Of a stretch of 51,302 bases of DNA, positions 7,925 to 17,470 are shown in pieces; within the stretch, counting starts at the first letter, position 1, and each line of letters starts with the position of its first letter. The notes beneath the pieces were generated by a model. That model had not been told where the DNA came from, searched no databases, and saw only the letters and a program-made list of their open reading frames with translations. Position numbers and translations under genes: made by a program. Origin of the DNA: Treponema sp. Its GTDB lineage: Bacteria > Spirochaetota > Spirochaetia > Treponematales > Breznakiellaceae. The DNA lies in assembly GCA_031268125.1 (NCBI GenBank), contig JAIRXT010000206.1, forward strand, positions 1 through 51,302, given 5' to 3'.

Positions 7925-9484
7925 TTACCGTATCGCGGCATTCCAGAAGTAAAGGCCGTTAAATACGGTAATCCCATCCACCCTGTCCCGCCATGCGTGG
8001 GCTTGGGAGAGGTGTCCCAGGTTTACAATGGGAAGATACTCCCAGGCATAGGCCTGGAGAAATTCCCATCGTTCCCTGGCCTCTTCCCTGCTCCGGGCCG
8101 AATTGAAATCGCCAAGAAGCCGGGCCAGGCGGGGATCATCGGACCAGCCGGGAAAGGAAGGGCTTAAAAATAATTTTAATGAGGGGATAGGGACGGAATA
8201 AAAAGTGGAAGTGTAGATGTCGTAGCGGGAGGGATCGTTACGGTACTGTAACAGAGTTGTCCAATCCACCACCGTCATTTCTGTTTTTATACCCAGCTTT
8301 TCAAGCTGAGCCATCATAACAAGAACGCCCTGATTGGTGGTTCCCGGAACCGAGGTAAGTATCCTGATAGTCTCCCCGGCATAACCGCTTTTCTTTAACA
8401 ACTCTCCGGCATATTCAAGATCGGCCCGGTTGTAATGTTCTTTCCCCGCGGGAGAATTCCAGTAGTCCTGGGTATCCTCCATGTAGGAAGAACCCAGCGT
8501 GTACTGTTCGCCGAAAACCGCCTTCATAATCTCATCCGCGTTAAGGGCGGCATTCAGCGCCTGCCGGAAATTCAGATCTGCGCAGGGGCCTTGTTTTTTA
8601 TTAAAGATGAGGGCCAGAAGCCCCGCCTGGTAATTTACCAGATGCAGGTCATCTTTCCCCTTGATAACGGGGAGATCGTCATTATCCACATTGTAATCCA
8701 CATCAAACTGCCCGGTTAAAAGTCCCGCCAGCCTGGTACCGGCCTGGGGAACCAGGTGGTAATATATTTTATCAATCTGCGGATCTTTATAGCCCGCCCA
8801 GCCGTCAACCGGTTCCCCCGGAACGCCGTAGGGAAGATAGGCGGAAAATTTCTCCAGGCTTACGTACTGGCCCTCTTTCCACTCGGAAAAACGGAACGGG
8901 CCGGTGCCAATATAGGAACGCATAAAGCCGCGGCTGTCCTCACCGGCGCAGGCGGCGGCGCTGGTGATTATCGCGCTCTGGGGGGAACCGGCTATCATGT
9001 CGGGGAAGGTAACGGCGGGGGCGGAAAAACGAATCTGTACCAGGCCGGCGGCAATTTCCTCAAACCGGGAATCTCCTGCCAGTTCCCGGGCGGGGGCATA
9101 CGAATCGATCCAGCGGTTCATCGAAGCTACCACATCGGCGGCCCGCATCATCGAACCGTCATGGAACGGCACCCCCTCCCGCAGGCGGAAGGTCAGGACG
9201 GTTCCGTCCGGGGAAATTTCAAAATCTTCCGCCAGTTCAGGAACCACATCGGACCGGCTGTTCAGCGTTACCAGCTTTTCCCATATCTGCCCGGCCCCTA
9301 TCTGCCGGGCAATAAGGGTACTGTTCTTGTGCAAATCCAGGGAGGGGAATTCCTGCATCACCGCCACATGGAGAATCTTGGGGGCGGGCTCTCCTGGGCG
9401 TTCTCCCCCGCCCAGTGCAAAAATCCGGGACGCCGCAAGCAAACTCAGAAGAAACGGCAGCCGCCGCCGAAAAGAAAAAACCAT
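7925..9484 (-). CDS. ABC transporter substrate-binding protein, family 5 (peptide/nickel type)
   Basis: Signal peptide MVFSFRRRLPFLLSLLAASRIFALGGG. ~520-aa SBP_bac_5-like sequence. First gene of the operon with two Dpp-type permeases. Confidence 0.85.
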   Translation of the reverse strand: MVFSFRRRLPFLLSLLAASRIFALGGGERPGEPAPKILHVAVMQEFPSLDLHKNSTLIARQIGAGQIWEKLVTLNSRSDVVPELAEDFEISPDGTVLTFRLREGVPFHDGSMMRAADVVASMNRWIDSYAPARELAGDSRFEEIAAGLVQIRFSAPAVTFPDMIAGSPQSAIITSAAACAGEDSRGFMRSYIGTGPFRFSEWKEGQYVSLEKFSAYLPYGVPGEPVDGWAGYKDPQIDKIYYHLVPQAGTRLAGLLTGQFDVDYNVDNDDLPVIKGKDDLHLVNYQAGLLALIFNKKQGPCADLNFRQALNAALNADEIMKAVFGEQYTLGSSYMEDTQDYWNSPAGKEHYNRADLEYAGELLKKSGYAGETIRILTSVPGTTNQGVLVMMAQLEKLGIKTEMTVVDWTTLLQYRNDPSRYDIYTSTFYSVPIPSLKLFLSPSFPGWSDDPRLARLLGDFNSARSREEARERWEFLQAYAWEYLPIVNLGHLSQAHAWRDRVDGITVFNGLYFWNAAIR

Positions 9485-9548
9485 GATTCATCATACACAG
9501 AAGGGCGGCGGTTGACAAAGGGTAGGGCGGACGCGGAAGATATACGCC

Positions 9549-10388
9549 ATGCGAATCATCGAAGCGGCGGCCCTTACGGAAACCGTAAAGAACCTGTTTA
9601 TCAGGGCCAACCGGGAACTTCCCCCGGACGTACGGGATTGTATCCGTGCCTGCCGGGAGCGGGAAACCTGGGCGCCCGCGCGGGAAACCCTGGACCGGAT
9701 CATCGAAAATTTTGAACTTGCGGAGAAAAACAGCATCCCCATCTGCCAGGATACGGGGATGGCCTGTGTATTTTTGGAAATCGGCGCCGGCGCCGCCGTC
9801 AACGGCGACATTAGCGAGGCCGTCAACGAGGGGGTCCGCCGGGCCTGCCGGGAAGCGTATCTACGGGCTTCGGTAGTTAAGGACCCGCTCAGGCGGGAAA
9901 ACACCGGGGACAACAGCCCGGCGCTGCTCTATATCGACATGGTGGAAGGAGAGGGCCTTGGCGTTACCGTGGCGCCCAAGGGTTTCGGCAGCGAAAACAT
10001 GAGCCGGATCAAGATGCTTTCCCCCTCCGATGGTATCGAGGGGCTTAAGGCTTTTGTGGTCTCCGCAGTGGAACAGGCCGGACCCAATCCCTGCCCCCCC
10101 ATCGTGGTGGGGGTTGGAATTGGCGGGTCCTTTGACCGGGCCGCCTTGCTGGCCAAGAAGGCGCTGCTCCGGCCCCTGGGGAAACCTCATATAGACCCCT
10201 TCTACGGGGAACTGGAGGCGGAACTGCTGGAAAAAATAAACGCCCTGGGTATAGGGCCCCAGGGTTTCGGCGGCCGTACTACCGCCCTTTCACTGGCTAT
10301 TGAAACCATGCCCACCCATATTGCCGCCCTGCCCTGCGCGGTGAACATAAACTGCCACGTAAGCCGTCATGCCCGGGAGGAACTATGA
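9549..10388 (+). CDS. Fe-S hydro-lyase alpha subunit (class I fumarate hydratase / tartrate dehydratase type)
   Basis: ICQDTGMACVFLEIG, VAPKGFGSENMS and GPNPCPPIVVGVGIGGSFD are hallmark blocks of class I fumarase N-terminal domains. Confidence 0.88.
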   Translation: MRIIEAAALTETVKNLFIRANRELPPDVRDCIRACRERETWAPARETLDRIIENFELAEKNSIPICQDTGMACVFLEIGAGAAVNGDISEAVNEGVRRACREAYLRASVVKDPLRRENTGDNSPALLYIDMVEGEGLGVTVAPKGFGSENMSRIKMLSPSDGIEGLKAFVVSAVEQAGPNPCPPIVVGVGIGGSFDRAALLAKKALLRPLGKPHIDPFYGELEAELLEKINALGIGPQGFGGRTTALSLAIETMPTHIAALPCAVNINCHVSRHAREEL

Positions 10389-10966
10389 TGCCCGGTACTG
10401 CAAGCTCCCGGCCCGTCTGCCATATTGAGTTACCCCTTACCAGGGAAAAGGCCGCCCTCCTTCAGGCCGGGGACACGGTCCTCCTTTCGGGGATCATTTA
10501 CACCGCCAGGGATGCGGCCCACAAGCGTCTTGACGCCCTGCTTGATGAAGGCAAGCCCCTCCCCTTCCCCCTTGAGGATGCCTGCATGTACTACACCGGT
10601 CCCAGCCCGGCGGCCCCGGGAAGGGTTATCGGATCGGCGGGACCCACCACAAGTTACCGGATGGACGCGTGGGCGCCCCGGCTCTTGATGCTGGGCTTGA
10701 GGGGCATGATCGGCAAGGGTGAACGTTCCGATGAGGTGATCCGGGCCATGAAATGGGCGGGAGCGGTTTACCTGGGGGCTATCGGCGGTGCGGGGGCCCT
10801 TCTTTCGAACCGTATCACCGCTTCACAGATCATCGCATTCGAGGACCTGGGAACCGAGGCAATCCGGCGTCTTAGTATAAAAGACTTCCCCGCTACGGTA
10901 ATCATCGACAGCCGGGGAGAAAATCTCTACCGGCTTGGACGGCACAACTACCTGCTCAGCCTGTAA
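10385..10966 (+). CDS. Fe-S hydro-lyase beta subunit (class I fumarate hydratase / tartrate dehydratase type)
   Basis: LSGIIYTARDAAHKRL, GPTTSYRMD and MIGKGERS blocks. 4-nt overlap with the alpha subunit gene. Confidence 0.88.
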   Translation: MMPGTASSRPVCHIELPLTREKAALLQAGDTVLLSGIIYTARDAAHKRLDALLDEGKPLPFPLEDACMYYTGPSPAAPGRVIGSAGPTTSYRMDAWAPRLLMLGLRGMIGKGERSDEVIRAMKWAGAVYLGAIGGAGALLSNRITASQIIAFEDLGTEAIRRLSIKDFPATVIIDSRGENLYRLGRHNYLLSL

Positions 10967-10974
10967 CCAAGGTT

Positions 10975-11005
10975 GCTGTTCCAAAGACTAAAGTTTTGGA
11001 ACAGC
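10975..11005. repeat. REP-like palindrome, copy 2 (family P1)
   Basis: GCTGTTCCAAA gactaaagt TTTGGAACAGC, starting 9 nt after the fumarase beta stop codon. Confidence 0.8.
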
Positions 11006-11240
11006 TTCTGTTTACAATCTTTCCGGTGCCACACCAACAACTTGTGCCGTTTGCGTATCCAATGCCCGTAATCTTTACTCATTTGGAAGTTTTGTTCCCG
11101 CCTGAGCCGGTCCAGTTGACTCCTGATTTAATAATGTCTGTTCCGCCTGTAGAAAACGCCGCCCCTATGGACAGAGCAGGCTAATCCGGAATAGTCCTTT
11201 ACGGCCCAATTAAATCGGAATACGAAAAACTGACAACTTT

Positions 11241-11317
11241 GTTACCGGGTGAGGAAGTTGTTACCGTTTTTAATCCCATATAGTTACCGGTTGTCCAAAC
11301 GGTTACCGATACGGTAA
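11241..11317 (+). promoter_or_regulatory. Iteron-like GTTACCG array plus palindromic operator upstream of the XRE gene
   Basis: GTTACCG at 11241, 11260, 11283 and 11302 (spacing 19/23/19 bp). The last copy forms the palindrome TTACCG-ATA-CGGTAA (11303-11317), 20 bp before the XRE start codon. Confidence 0.55.
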
Positions 11318-11336
11318 TCCAAATATTAGAGAAGTT

Positions 11337-11672
11337 TTGGCTGGCAATTTACGGAAAATCCGGCAGGATCGGGGCTGGAGCCAGGCGACTTTAGCCGCGA
11401 AAACAGGTACTTCGACCCATTATATAGGAATGTTGGAGAATCAAAACAAGTTCCCATCATCGGAAATGATACAAAAACTGGCTTCCGCCCTAAAAATCGA
11501 CCCTACGGAACTCTTTAGCAAGGAAATTGACCCCCTGAATAGCGTCAAAAACTCCCAAAAAGCGGCTTTAGAGAATGTCGGAATGGCGGTGAACCGCATT
11601 TTGACCAAATTTATCGCCGAAGAAATACAAAAGCTTGATGATAATGACGAAGAAAAAGGAATTTCTATCTAA
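11337..11672 (+). CDS. XRE/Cro-C1-family helix-turn-helix transcriptional regulator
   Basis: LRKIRQDRGWSQATLAAKTGTSTHYIGMLENQNKFPSSEMIQKLASALKIDPTELF is a canonical HTH_3 domain. TTG start with no upstream in-frame alternative. The C-terminal ~45 aa are uncharacterised. Confidence 0.8.
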   Translation: MAGNLRKIRQDRGWSQATLAAKTGTSTHYIGMLENQNKFPSSEMIQKLASALKIDPTELFSKEIDPLNSVKNSQKAALENVGMAVNRILTKFIAEEIQKLDDNDEEKGISI

Positions 11673-11742
11673 AAATGCCCGCAAAGTCCAAAGACCCGCT
11701 CACCCTTTGCGCTGTAAGGGGGCCGGCTTCACGCAGGGACAG

Positions 11743-12195
11743 CTAAGGTTCTACCCGTGCGTACCGTGCGGAGTTAAGGCCGTCAAGCATCTTGGTTTCG
11801 GCGGCAAGCATGGTCTTGCGGTACTCCCCGGCCCTTTTTTCCTTGAGTTTATCCAGAACTTTCCGTTCGCGGGAAGCTTCCAGGAAAAGTTCCCGGGCTT
11901 CTTCCACCTTGATCCGGGCCTCCGCAGCCTCCTGCAATAGTTTTTCTTTTGTCTGCTCAAGGCGGCGGATATAGAACTCATGATAACGGTAAAGATCCGC
12001 CAGGCCGCCCGGCAGATCGGGACCGGGATTCCGGCGCTCATCCCGTGCCTTAATGATAAGGGAAGCGGTTTCTTTAATCCGGTTCTCGATGTTCACCAGT
12101 TCCCCAATCGCCCTGCCCAGGGCTATTTCCGTCTCCTGCTCCCGGTGTTCCCGCAGTTCCAGGACTTTTTCCAGGGGAAAATGAAAACGCGTCAA
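11743..12195 (-). CDS. fliJ: Flagellar export chaperone FliJ
   Basis: ~150-aa coiled-coil protein (RFHFPLEKVLELREHREQETEIAL...) immediately after fliI. The ORF track's longest ORF (to 12348) overlaps fliI. A TTG at 12195, 2 nt after the fliI stop, gives the canonical length. Confidence 0.75.
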   Translation of the reverse strand: MTRFHFPLEKVLELREHREQETEIALGRAIGELVNIENRIKETASLIIKARDERRNPGPDLPGGLADLYRYHEFYIRRLEQTKEKLLQEAAEARIKVEEARELFLEASRERKVLDKLKEKRAGEYRKTMLAAETKMLDGLNSARYARVEP

Positions 12196-12197
12196 GA

Positions 12198-13610
12198 TTA
12201 TGTTCCCGTACCGGCGGGAAAGCCGGCGGGAGAACCGGAATGTTCTTCCGGCTCCCCGGAATCTACCCCGGCGGCGCCCAGTTCCCGGGCGGGAATAGCA
12301 ACTCCGGCAATATCCCCCAGCGTTTGAAGGGTCGCCGCAAGGGGACACCTGTCGTCCAGATTCTGAACAAGGAAATTCCCGATGGCCGCATGCTTCGCAA
12401 TGGCCGCGTCAATATCCGCGTTGGAACCGGTATGGTAGGCCCCTACGTTGATAAGATCTTCCGCCTCCGCGTAGACGGCCATGTGGCGGCGGACATCCAG
12501 GGCCGCACGGGTGCTTTCTTTTCCCGATACCTTGAGGGCCTTCCGGGAGATGCTCTGCAGCACATCAATGGCCGGATAATGACCGGCCTGGGCCAGGCTC
12601 CGGGAAAGAACGATGTGCCCGTCCAGAATCCCCCTGACCGTATCGGCCACCGGTTCATCCATATCGTCCCCTTCCACAAGGATGGTATAAAAACCGGTAA
12701 TGGTTCCCCGTTCCGATGTACCGCAGCGTTCCAGGAGCTTCGGCATGGAATCAAAGACGCTGGGAGGATATCCCCTGGTGGAGGGGGGTTCTCCGCTGGA
12801 AAGCCCGATTTCCCGCTGGGCCCAGGCCACACGGGTAACCGAATCGAAGAGAAGCATCACATCCAGCCCCTGGTCTCTAAAAAACTCCGCCACCGCGGTG
12901 GCGGTATAGGCGCCCCGCAGCCTTGCCAGGGGAGCGGAATCGGAAGTACTGACCACCAATACCGAGCGGGCAAGGCCCTCTTCCCCCAGATCGTTTTCGA
13001 TAAATTCCATGACTTCCCGGCCGCGTTCACCGATAAGGGCAACCACATTGACATCGGCATTGGTGTTTCTGGCGATCATTCCCAATAGGGTAGACTTCCC
13101 CACCCCGGAGCCTGCAAATATCCCCATACGCTGGCCCCGGCCCACCGCCAACAGCCCGTCTATGGCCCGGACACCGGTAACGATCCGCTCGGTTACCTGG
13201 GGACGGCTCAGGGAATCCGGCGGTTTTGCGATGGCGGGGTAACGGAACATTTCCCCAATATCACCTTTACCGTCCATAAGGTTCCCCCGGTAATCCAGAA
13301 CCCGGCCCAGGAGCTTCCGGGAAACCGGAACCTCCAGCATACTGCCGGAGGCAATTACCCGGTCCCCGATTTCAACACCGGTGGTTTCCCCATAGGCCAT
13401 AAGCTGGACAATCTCGTTACGGAGGCCCACAACTTCCGCAGTAATAACGCTTTGCCCTCCCCTTACGGTAATCCGGCAGATTTCACCAACGGTAGCCTGG
13501 GGGCCCCGGCTTTCCAAAAGAATGCCCTGTACTTTGGAAACCCTGCCCACACATTTGATAGGATCGGTACTCTCCGCGGCCTTCCGGTATTTGGCGAATA
13601 TGGTTTCCAA
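12198..13610 (-). CDS. fliI: Flagellum-specific ATPase FliI
   Basis: Walker A GSGVGKSTLLGMI and Walker B VMLLFDSVTR. T3SS/F1-type ATPase. A TTG at 13610, preceded by AAAGAGG and lying 1 nt after the fliH stop, is preferred over the longest ORF (13721). Confidence 0.9.
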   Translation of the reverse strand: METIFAKYRKAAESTDPIKCVGRVSKVQGILLESRGPQATVGEICRITVRGGQSVITAEVVGLRNEIVQLMAYGETTGVEIGDRVIASGSMLEVPVSRKLLGRVLDYRGNLMDGKGDIGEMFRYPAIAKPPDSLSRPQVTERIVTGVRAIDGLLAVGRGQRMGIFAGSGVGKSTLLGMIARNTNADVNVVALIGERGREVMEFIENDLGEEGLARSVLVVSTSDSAPLARLRGAYTATAVAEFFRDQGLDVMLLFDSVTRVAWAQREIGLSSGEPPSTRGYPPSVFDSMPKLLERCGTSERGTITGFYTILVEGDDMDEPVADTVRGILDGHIVLSRSLAQAGHYPAIDVLQSISRKALKVSGKESTRAALDVRRHMAVYAEAEDLINVGAYHTGSNADIDAAIAKHAAIGNFLVQNLDDRCPLAATLQTLGDIAGVAIPARELGAAGVDSGEPEEHSGSPAGFPAGTGT

Positions 13611-13611
13611 A

Positions 13612-14595
13612 TTAAACCTCTTTGCCGGCCTGGGGTCTTTCCTGGCCGGGGACTCCGGGGCCGGGTTTTGATCTGATCCTGATAGGGGAAATTTCCAGTA
13701 TCCGGGCCTCAAGTTCCGCAAGCTGGCTGGCTATGCGGGCATCGATCTCACCAAAGTCGGTCTCGATGATGCAGCCCCCGCTGTCAACGGTAGAATCTTC
13801 CTGTACCTGTATATCTTTCACACCTTCCAGCATCTGAATAAAATTTTTGGTATGTTCGGTGGTCAACTTGAGATCCGCCATATTCACCCGGATAATCAGG
13901 TTTCCCCGGGTCTTTACCTTACGCAGGGCCTGAACCACATTTTGGAGAACCACGGTCCTTTGGCTTTCGGTGATCGTTTTTACCACCTTGCGGGTAAGGA
14001 TAAGTACCAGATCAACAATTTCCTGCTCGGTTTCCGCAAGAATATCTCCCCGTTTGTCCTGGGCCCGCTCAAGAATCGTCTGGGTACGCTGGATAAGTCT
14101 TTCCACTTCCGCCTTGCCCTGGGCATAACCATCCTCTTTTCCTGCCGCGGCGGCCGTTTCCAGGGCTTCTTGCTTCTCAGACTCCAGGGTTTTGCGGCAT
14201 TCTTCTTCAAGCCTGAGTATCTTGTCTTCGGTCTCGGCGGTAATCCTCCGGGCCTCCGCTTCGGCGGATTTCTTCGCTTCTTCCCCTTCTTGTGCTTTAA
14301 GTTCCGCCTCATGAGCAGCCTGTTCCCGGGCATCGGCCACAATCTGATCCGCTTCGGCATGGGAAGATGCGATCAGCGATTCCCGCTCCAGCGCCCACTG
14401 GGACTTGAATGCCTCCGCTTCCCGCCTTAGATCTTCGGCCGTAGGACCCGAATATATTTCCCGGGGGCTGACAACCTCCGCCTCCTCTGCTTTGGGGGCA
14501 AGGTGGGCCAGTTCCGCAAAGGAAGTGGGGGGGGCCAGGACTATCTGCGGTCCGTTGCGTGTAATCTCATGTGATCTAAAAACTGTTTTCGCCAA
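13612..14595 (-). CDS. fliH: Flagellar assembly protein FliH
   Basis: E/A/K-rich coiled-coil centre plus a C-terminal FliH domain (GGCIIETDFGEIDARIASQL). Lies between fliG and fliI. TTG start. Confidence 0.85.
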   Translation of the reverse strand: MAKTVFRSHEITRNGPQIVLAPPTSFAELAHLAPKAEEAEVVSPREIYSGPTAEDLRREAEAFKSQWALERESLIASSHAEADQIVADAREQAAHEAELKAQEGEEAKKSAEAEARRITAETEDKILRLEEECRKTLESEKQEALETAAAAGKEDGYAQGKAEVERLIQRTQTILERAQDKRGDILAETEQEIVDLVLILTRKVVKTITESQRTVVLQNVVQALRKVKTRGNLIIRVNMADLKLTTEHTKNFIQMLEGVKDIQVQEDSTVDSGGCIIETDFGEIDARIASQLAELEARILEISPIRIRSKPGPGVPGQERPQAGKEV

Positions 14596-14640
14596 AATAG
14601 ATTCCCTGCAAACTCCAAAAACGGTTTATCAAGCGGATTA

Positions 14641-15711
14641 TCAGACAACCAACTCATCTTCGCCTGAACGGGCAACCACGATCTCTCCGGTATCCTCCAA
14701 ATGGCGGATAATAGAAACGATCTTCTGCTGGGATTCTTCAACATCCTTAAGGCGGACCGGTCCCATAAATTCCATGTCCTCTTTGAGCATACCGGCGGCA
14801 CGTTTGGACATGTTACGGAATATTTTGTCCTGTACCTCCGTGTCCACCGATTTCAGGGCCTTGGAAAGTTCCTGGGAATCCACCTCCCGCAGTACCTTCT
14901 GAATAGCCCGGTCGTCCAGCATAACAATATCCTCGAAGACAAACATCCGTTTTTTAATCTCCTCCGCCAGTTCCGGGTCCTCATCTTCCAGAGCCTCGAT
15001 AATCTGTTTTTCCGAAGCCCGGTCCACAAGGTTAAGAATCCCTACGATGCTGTCAACACCGCCGGCGGTGGTATAGTCTTCACTGGACAGCGTAGAGAGC
15101 TTTTTCTCCAGTACGCGTTCTACCTCCCTCAAAACTTCGGGACTGGTACGGTCCATAGTAGCGATACGGCGGGATACATCAGTTTGCACCTCGTTAGGCA
15201 GATTCTGCAAAATTACCGATGCCTTGTTCGGTTCCAAATATGCCAGAATAAGGGCGATGGTCTGGGGATGTTCCTGCTGAATAAAGTTCAACAGGTGGGC
15301 AGGATCGGTACGGCGGATAAAGTCAAAGGGTCTTACCTGCAGGCTGGAAGTGAGCCGGTTGATAATGTCGATGGCCTTCTGGCTTCCCAGGGACTTTTCC
15401 AGAAGTTCCCGGGCATAGTCGATACCGCCGGTCGTAATGAACTGATTAGCCATCATCAGTTCCTGGAATTCCTGGAGGACGGAGTCTTTTTGATCCGGTT
15501 CGATGGTCTCCATCCGGGCAATCTCAAAGGTCAGGGTTTCAATCTCATCCTCCCGCAGGAACTTAAAGACCTCCGCGGAAATTTCCGATCCAACGGAAAC
15601 AAGAAAGATAGCCGCTTTTTGCCGCCCGTTGAATTCTTTGCCGCCCTTTTTTTTACCCCCCGGCGGAGCCGAAACCGCCGCTCCGCCTGCAGACGCCGCT
15701 GCTTTTGCCAT
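14641..15711 (-). CDS. fliG: Flagellar motor switch protein FliG
   Basis: EDEIETLTFEIARM and MFVFEDIVMLDDRAIQKVLREVD blocks. Length and position are typical. Confidence 0.93.
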   Translation of the reverse strand: MAKAAASAGGAAVSAPPGGKKKGGKEFNGRQKAAIFLVSVGSEISAEVFKFLREDEIETLTFEIARMETIEPDQKDSVLQEFQELMMANQFITTGGIDYARELLEKSLGSQKAIDIINRLTSSLQVRPFDFIRRTDPAHLLNFIQQEHPQTIALILAYLEPNKASVILQNLPNEVQTDVSRRIATMDRTSPEVLREVERVLEKKLSTLSSEDYTTAGGVDSIVGILNLVDRASEKQIIEALEDEDPELAEEIKKRMFVFEDIVMLDDRAIQKVLREVDSQELSKALKSVDTEVQDKIFRNMSKRAAGMLKEDMEFMGPVRLKDVEESQQKIVSIIRHLEDTGEIVVARSGEDELVV

Positions 15712-15714
15712 TTT

Positions 15715-17418
15715 TTATTCCTCCAGGAGCCAGGTTCTGATAAGCTGGGCCACATCTTCAGGATGTTCCTTTGCCATATTGGCGATGTTTTCCTGAAGAT
15801 CCATCCGCGCCCGCTCTTCCACGGAGATGGACACATCCACCCCCTCCTCTTCCGCCTGGGCAATCGCGCTTTCCCGGATTGCCTGTTCCCGCCTGGCCCG
15901 CTCATCCTCGGCAAGCCGGCGCCGCCGTTCCATCTCCCGGCTGATCGCCCGGAAAACAATAAAAGAAATCAACAGTACAATCACGCCGATAAGAAATATC
16001 ACCAAGGTGGTCCTGAACTGTTTCTGCCGGAAGAAAGCGGAATCCTCGTCTTTGAACTGGGCGGTTCTGTCGAAGGGAATATTTTGGACCGTTACCGAAT
16101 CTCCGCGGCCGGCGTTGTATCCCACCGCGTTCTGTACCAGGAGCTGGGCGGATCGCAGTTGTTCGGAGGGTACGGGAATGTAGTCCCGTTCAATGGAACC
16201 GTCGGCGGCAATCTGGGGATTCTTCTTTTCGTCGTACTTCCACTTCCACTGCCCGTCAATGTTCACCGAAACGGTAACCCGGTCTATCCGGGGACTCCGC
16301 TCCTCCTGGGATTTTTCACTGTTGACTACCTCGTTGTGGACCCTGGTCTCCTGGACCATCTTGCCGAAAAGATTCGACATATCCTTAAAGGCGGGGGGGG
16401 TTTGTCCTTCCACGCCGGCGGGACCTTCAGGGTTAAAGCCGGTCCCCTCCCAAGTGGTGCCGGAAGTGCTTTCCGAAATAGTAAGGGAGTCCAGCAGTTC
16501 CGAATCGTCGTAGGGCAGTCCGGGGGTCCTCTCCTTTTTGACAATGGGAGAGTAGGTTTCCCGGGCGATGCTTTTCTGGGACATGTCCATGTCAATCTTG
16601 ATGTTAAGATCACGGACCCGGTCGGAACCAAAGGTTACCTGTAAAGCGCCAAGAATTTGGGCGCGGTATTTTGCCTCCAGCGACTGGATAAGTTTGTTTT
16701 CCCGTTCAATCAAAACAAGCCGGTCGGCGGCCGCCATATTCTCAAAGTCGTTGAGTACGTTCCCGGCCTGATCGGTGATCACAATGTTGGTATCCGTCAA
16801 GCCTTCGATGGCGAAACGGAGCAGTTTTTGAATCCCTTCGATCTTTTTACGGTTGGTGATGATGTCGCTGCCCGGCCTGGGGGTAATGATAACGCTGGCG
16901 GTGGTAGGATTTTGTTCGGAGCTAAAGAGAGTCCGCTCGGGAAAGACTACCGTTACATTGGCGTCATCCACCTCGTCCAGGGCTTTGATATGATCCGTAA
17001 CCATCCGGGTCTGGGCGCGGCGAAAGTTGACATTCCGTTCAAAATCCGTAAGGGTCCAGCGTTCCTGGTCAAAGATCGACCACGGATCCGTCCCCGAAGG
17101 AATCAGATCTTCCCTGATAAGGATAGAGCGAATCCGCCGCGCCGTCTGTTCATCGGCAACCTGGATCACCCCCGCGGCCGTTACCTGGGCTCGTATTCCT
17201 TCCTGGTTGATTCTGGTTATGATCTGATCACGAACCGCTTCATCCTGAATGGGCACGTCAATGACCGATACCATAGTAGGGACCGAAGAAACCGAAAGCA
17301 GGGCGACGATACCCACTATTCCCGCCAGTACTATTACCCCGATGATAATCCGCTGGACCAAAGAAAATTTGGTCCAAAGCCCGCGAATTTGGGCTGCAAA
17401 TTTTTTTAACCACTCCAT
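15715..17418 (-). CDS. fliF: Flagellar MS-ring protein FliF
   Basis: N-terminal TM (IIIGVIVLAGIVGIVALL), a large periplasmic YscJ/FliF domain, a second TM (LVIFLIGVIVLLISFIVF) and a charged C-terminal tail. ATG at 17418 (MEWLKKF) is preferred over the longest ORF. Confidence 0.9.
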   Translation of the reverse strand: MEWLKKFAAQIRGLWTKFSLVQRIIIGVIVLAGIVGIVALLSVSSVPTMVSVIDVPIQDEAVRDQIITRINQEGIRAQVTAAGVIQVADEQTARRIRSILIREDLIPSGTDPWSIFDQERWTLTDFERNVNFRRAQTRMVTDHIKALDEVDDANVTVVFPERTLFSSEQNPTTASVIITPRPGSDIITNRKKIEGIQKLLRFAIEGLTDTNIVITDQAGNVLNDFENMAAADRLVLIERENKLIQSLEAKYRAQILGALQVTFGSDRVRDLNIKIDMDMSQKSIARETYSPIVKKERTPGLPYDDSELLDSLTISESTSGTTWEGTGFNPEGPAGVEGQTPPAFKDMSNLFGKMVQETRVHNEVVNSEKSQEERSPRIDRVTVSVNIDGQWKWKYDEKKNPQIAADGSIERDYIPVPSEQLRSAQLLVQNAVGYNAGRGDSVTVQNIPFDRTAQFKDEDSAFFRQKQFRTTLVIFLIGVIVLLISFIVFRAISREMERRRRLAEDERARREQAIRESAIAQAEEEGVDVSISVEERARMDLQENIANMAKEHPEDVAQLIRTWLLEE

Positions 17419-17470
17419 ATTCCCCCCCCCTGATAAAGCAAGCCGTGGGATTCCCACTAATTACTTCTCA

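Noticed and set aside
9485-9548. TTGACA at 9508-9513 upstream of the fumarase alpha gene, as a possible promoter with a leaderless start.
   Set aside because: The best -10-like hexamer (GATATA) is 21 bp away, outside the normal 16-19-bp spacer range. This is not enough to call a promoter.
10996-11184. 62-aa plus-strand ORF, and a 44-aa basic minus-strand ORF (MSKDYGHWIRKRHKLLVWHRKD..., about 10942-11076), in the fumB-XRE gap.
   Set aside because: Neither has a Shine-Dalgarno. Composition is atypical, the minus ORF reads through the P1 palindrome into antisense fumB, and no domain is recognised. The region is treated as non-coding.
14701-16644. 647-aa plus-strand ORF, the longest in the track.
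   Set aside because: It is entirely antisense to fliG and fliF, which have unmistakable family motifs. Its own translation is low-complexity (G/F/L/P/R-rich) with no recognisable domain. It is a typical stop-free shadow frame of GC-rich coding DNA.
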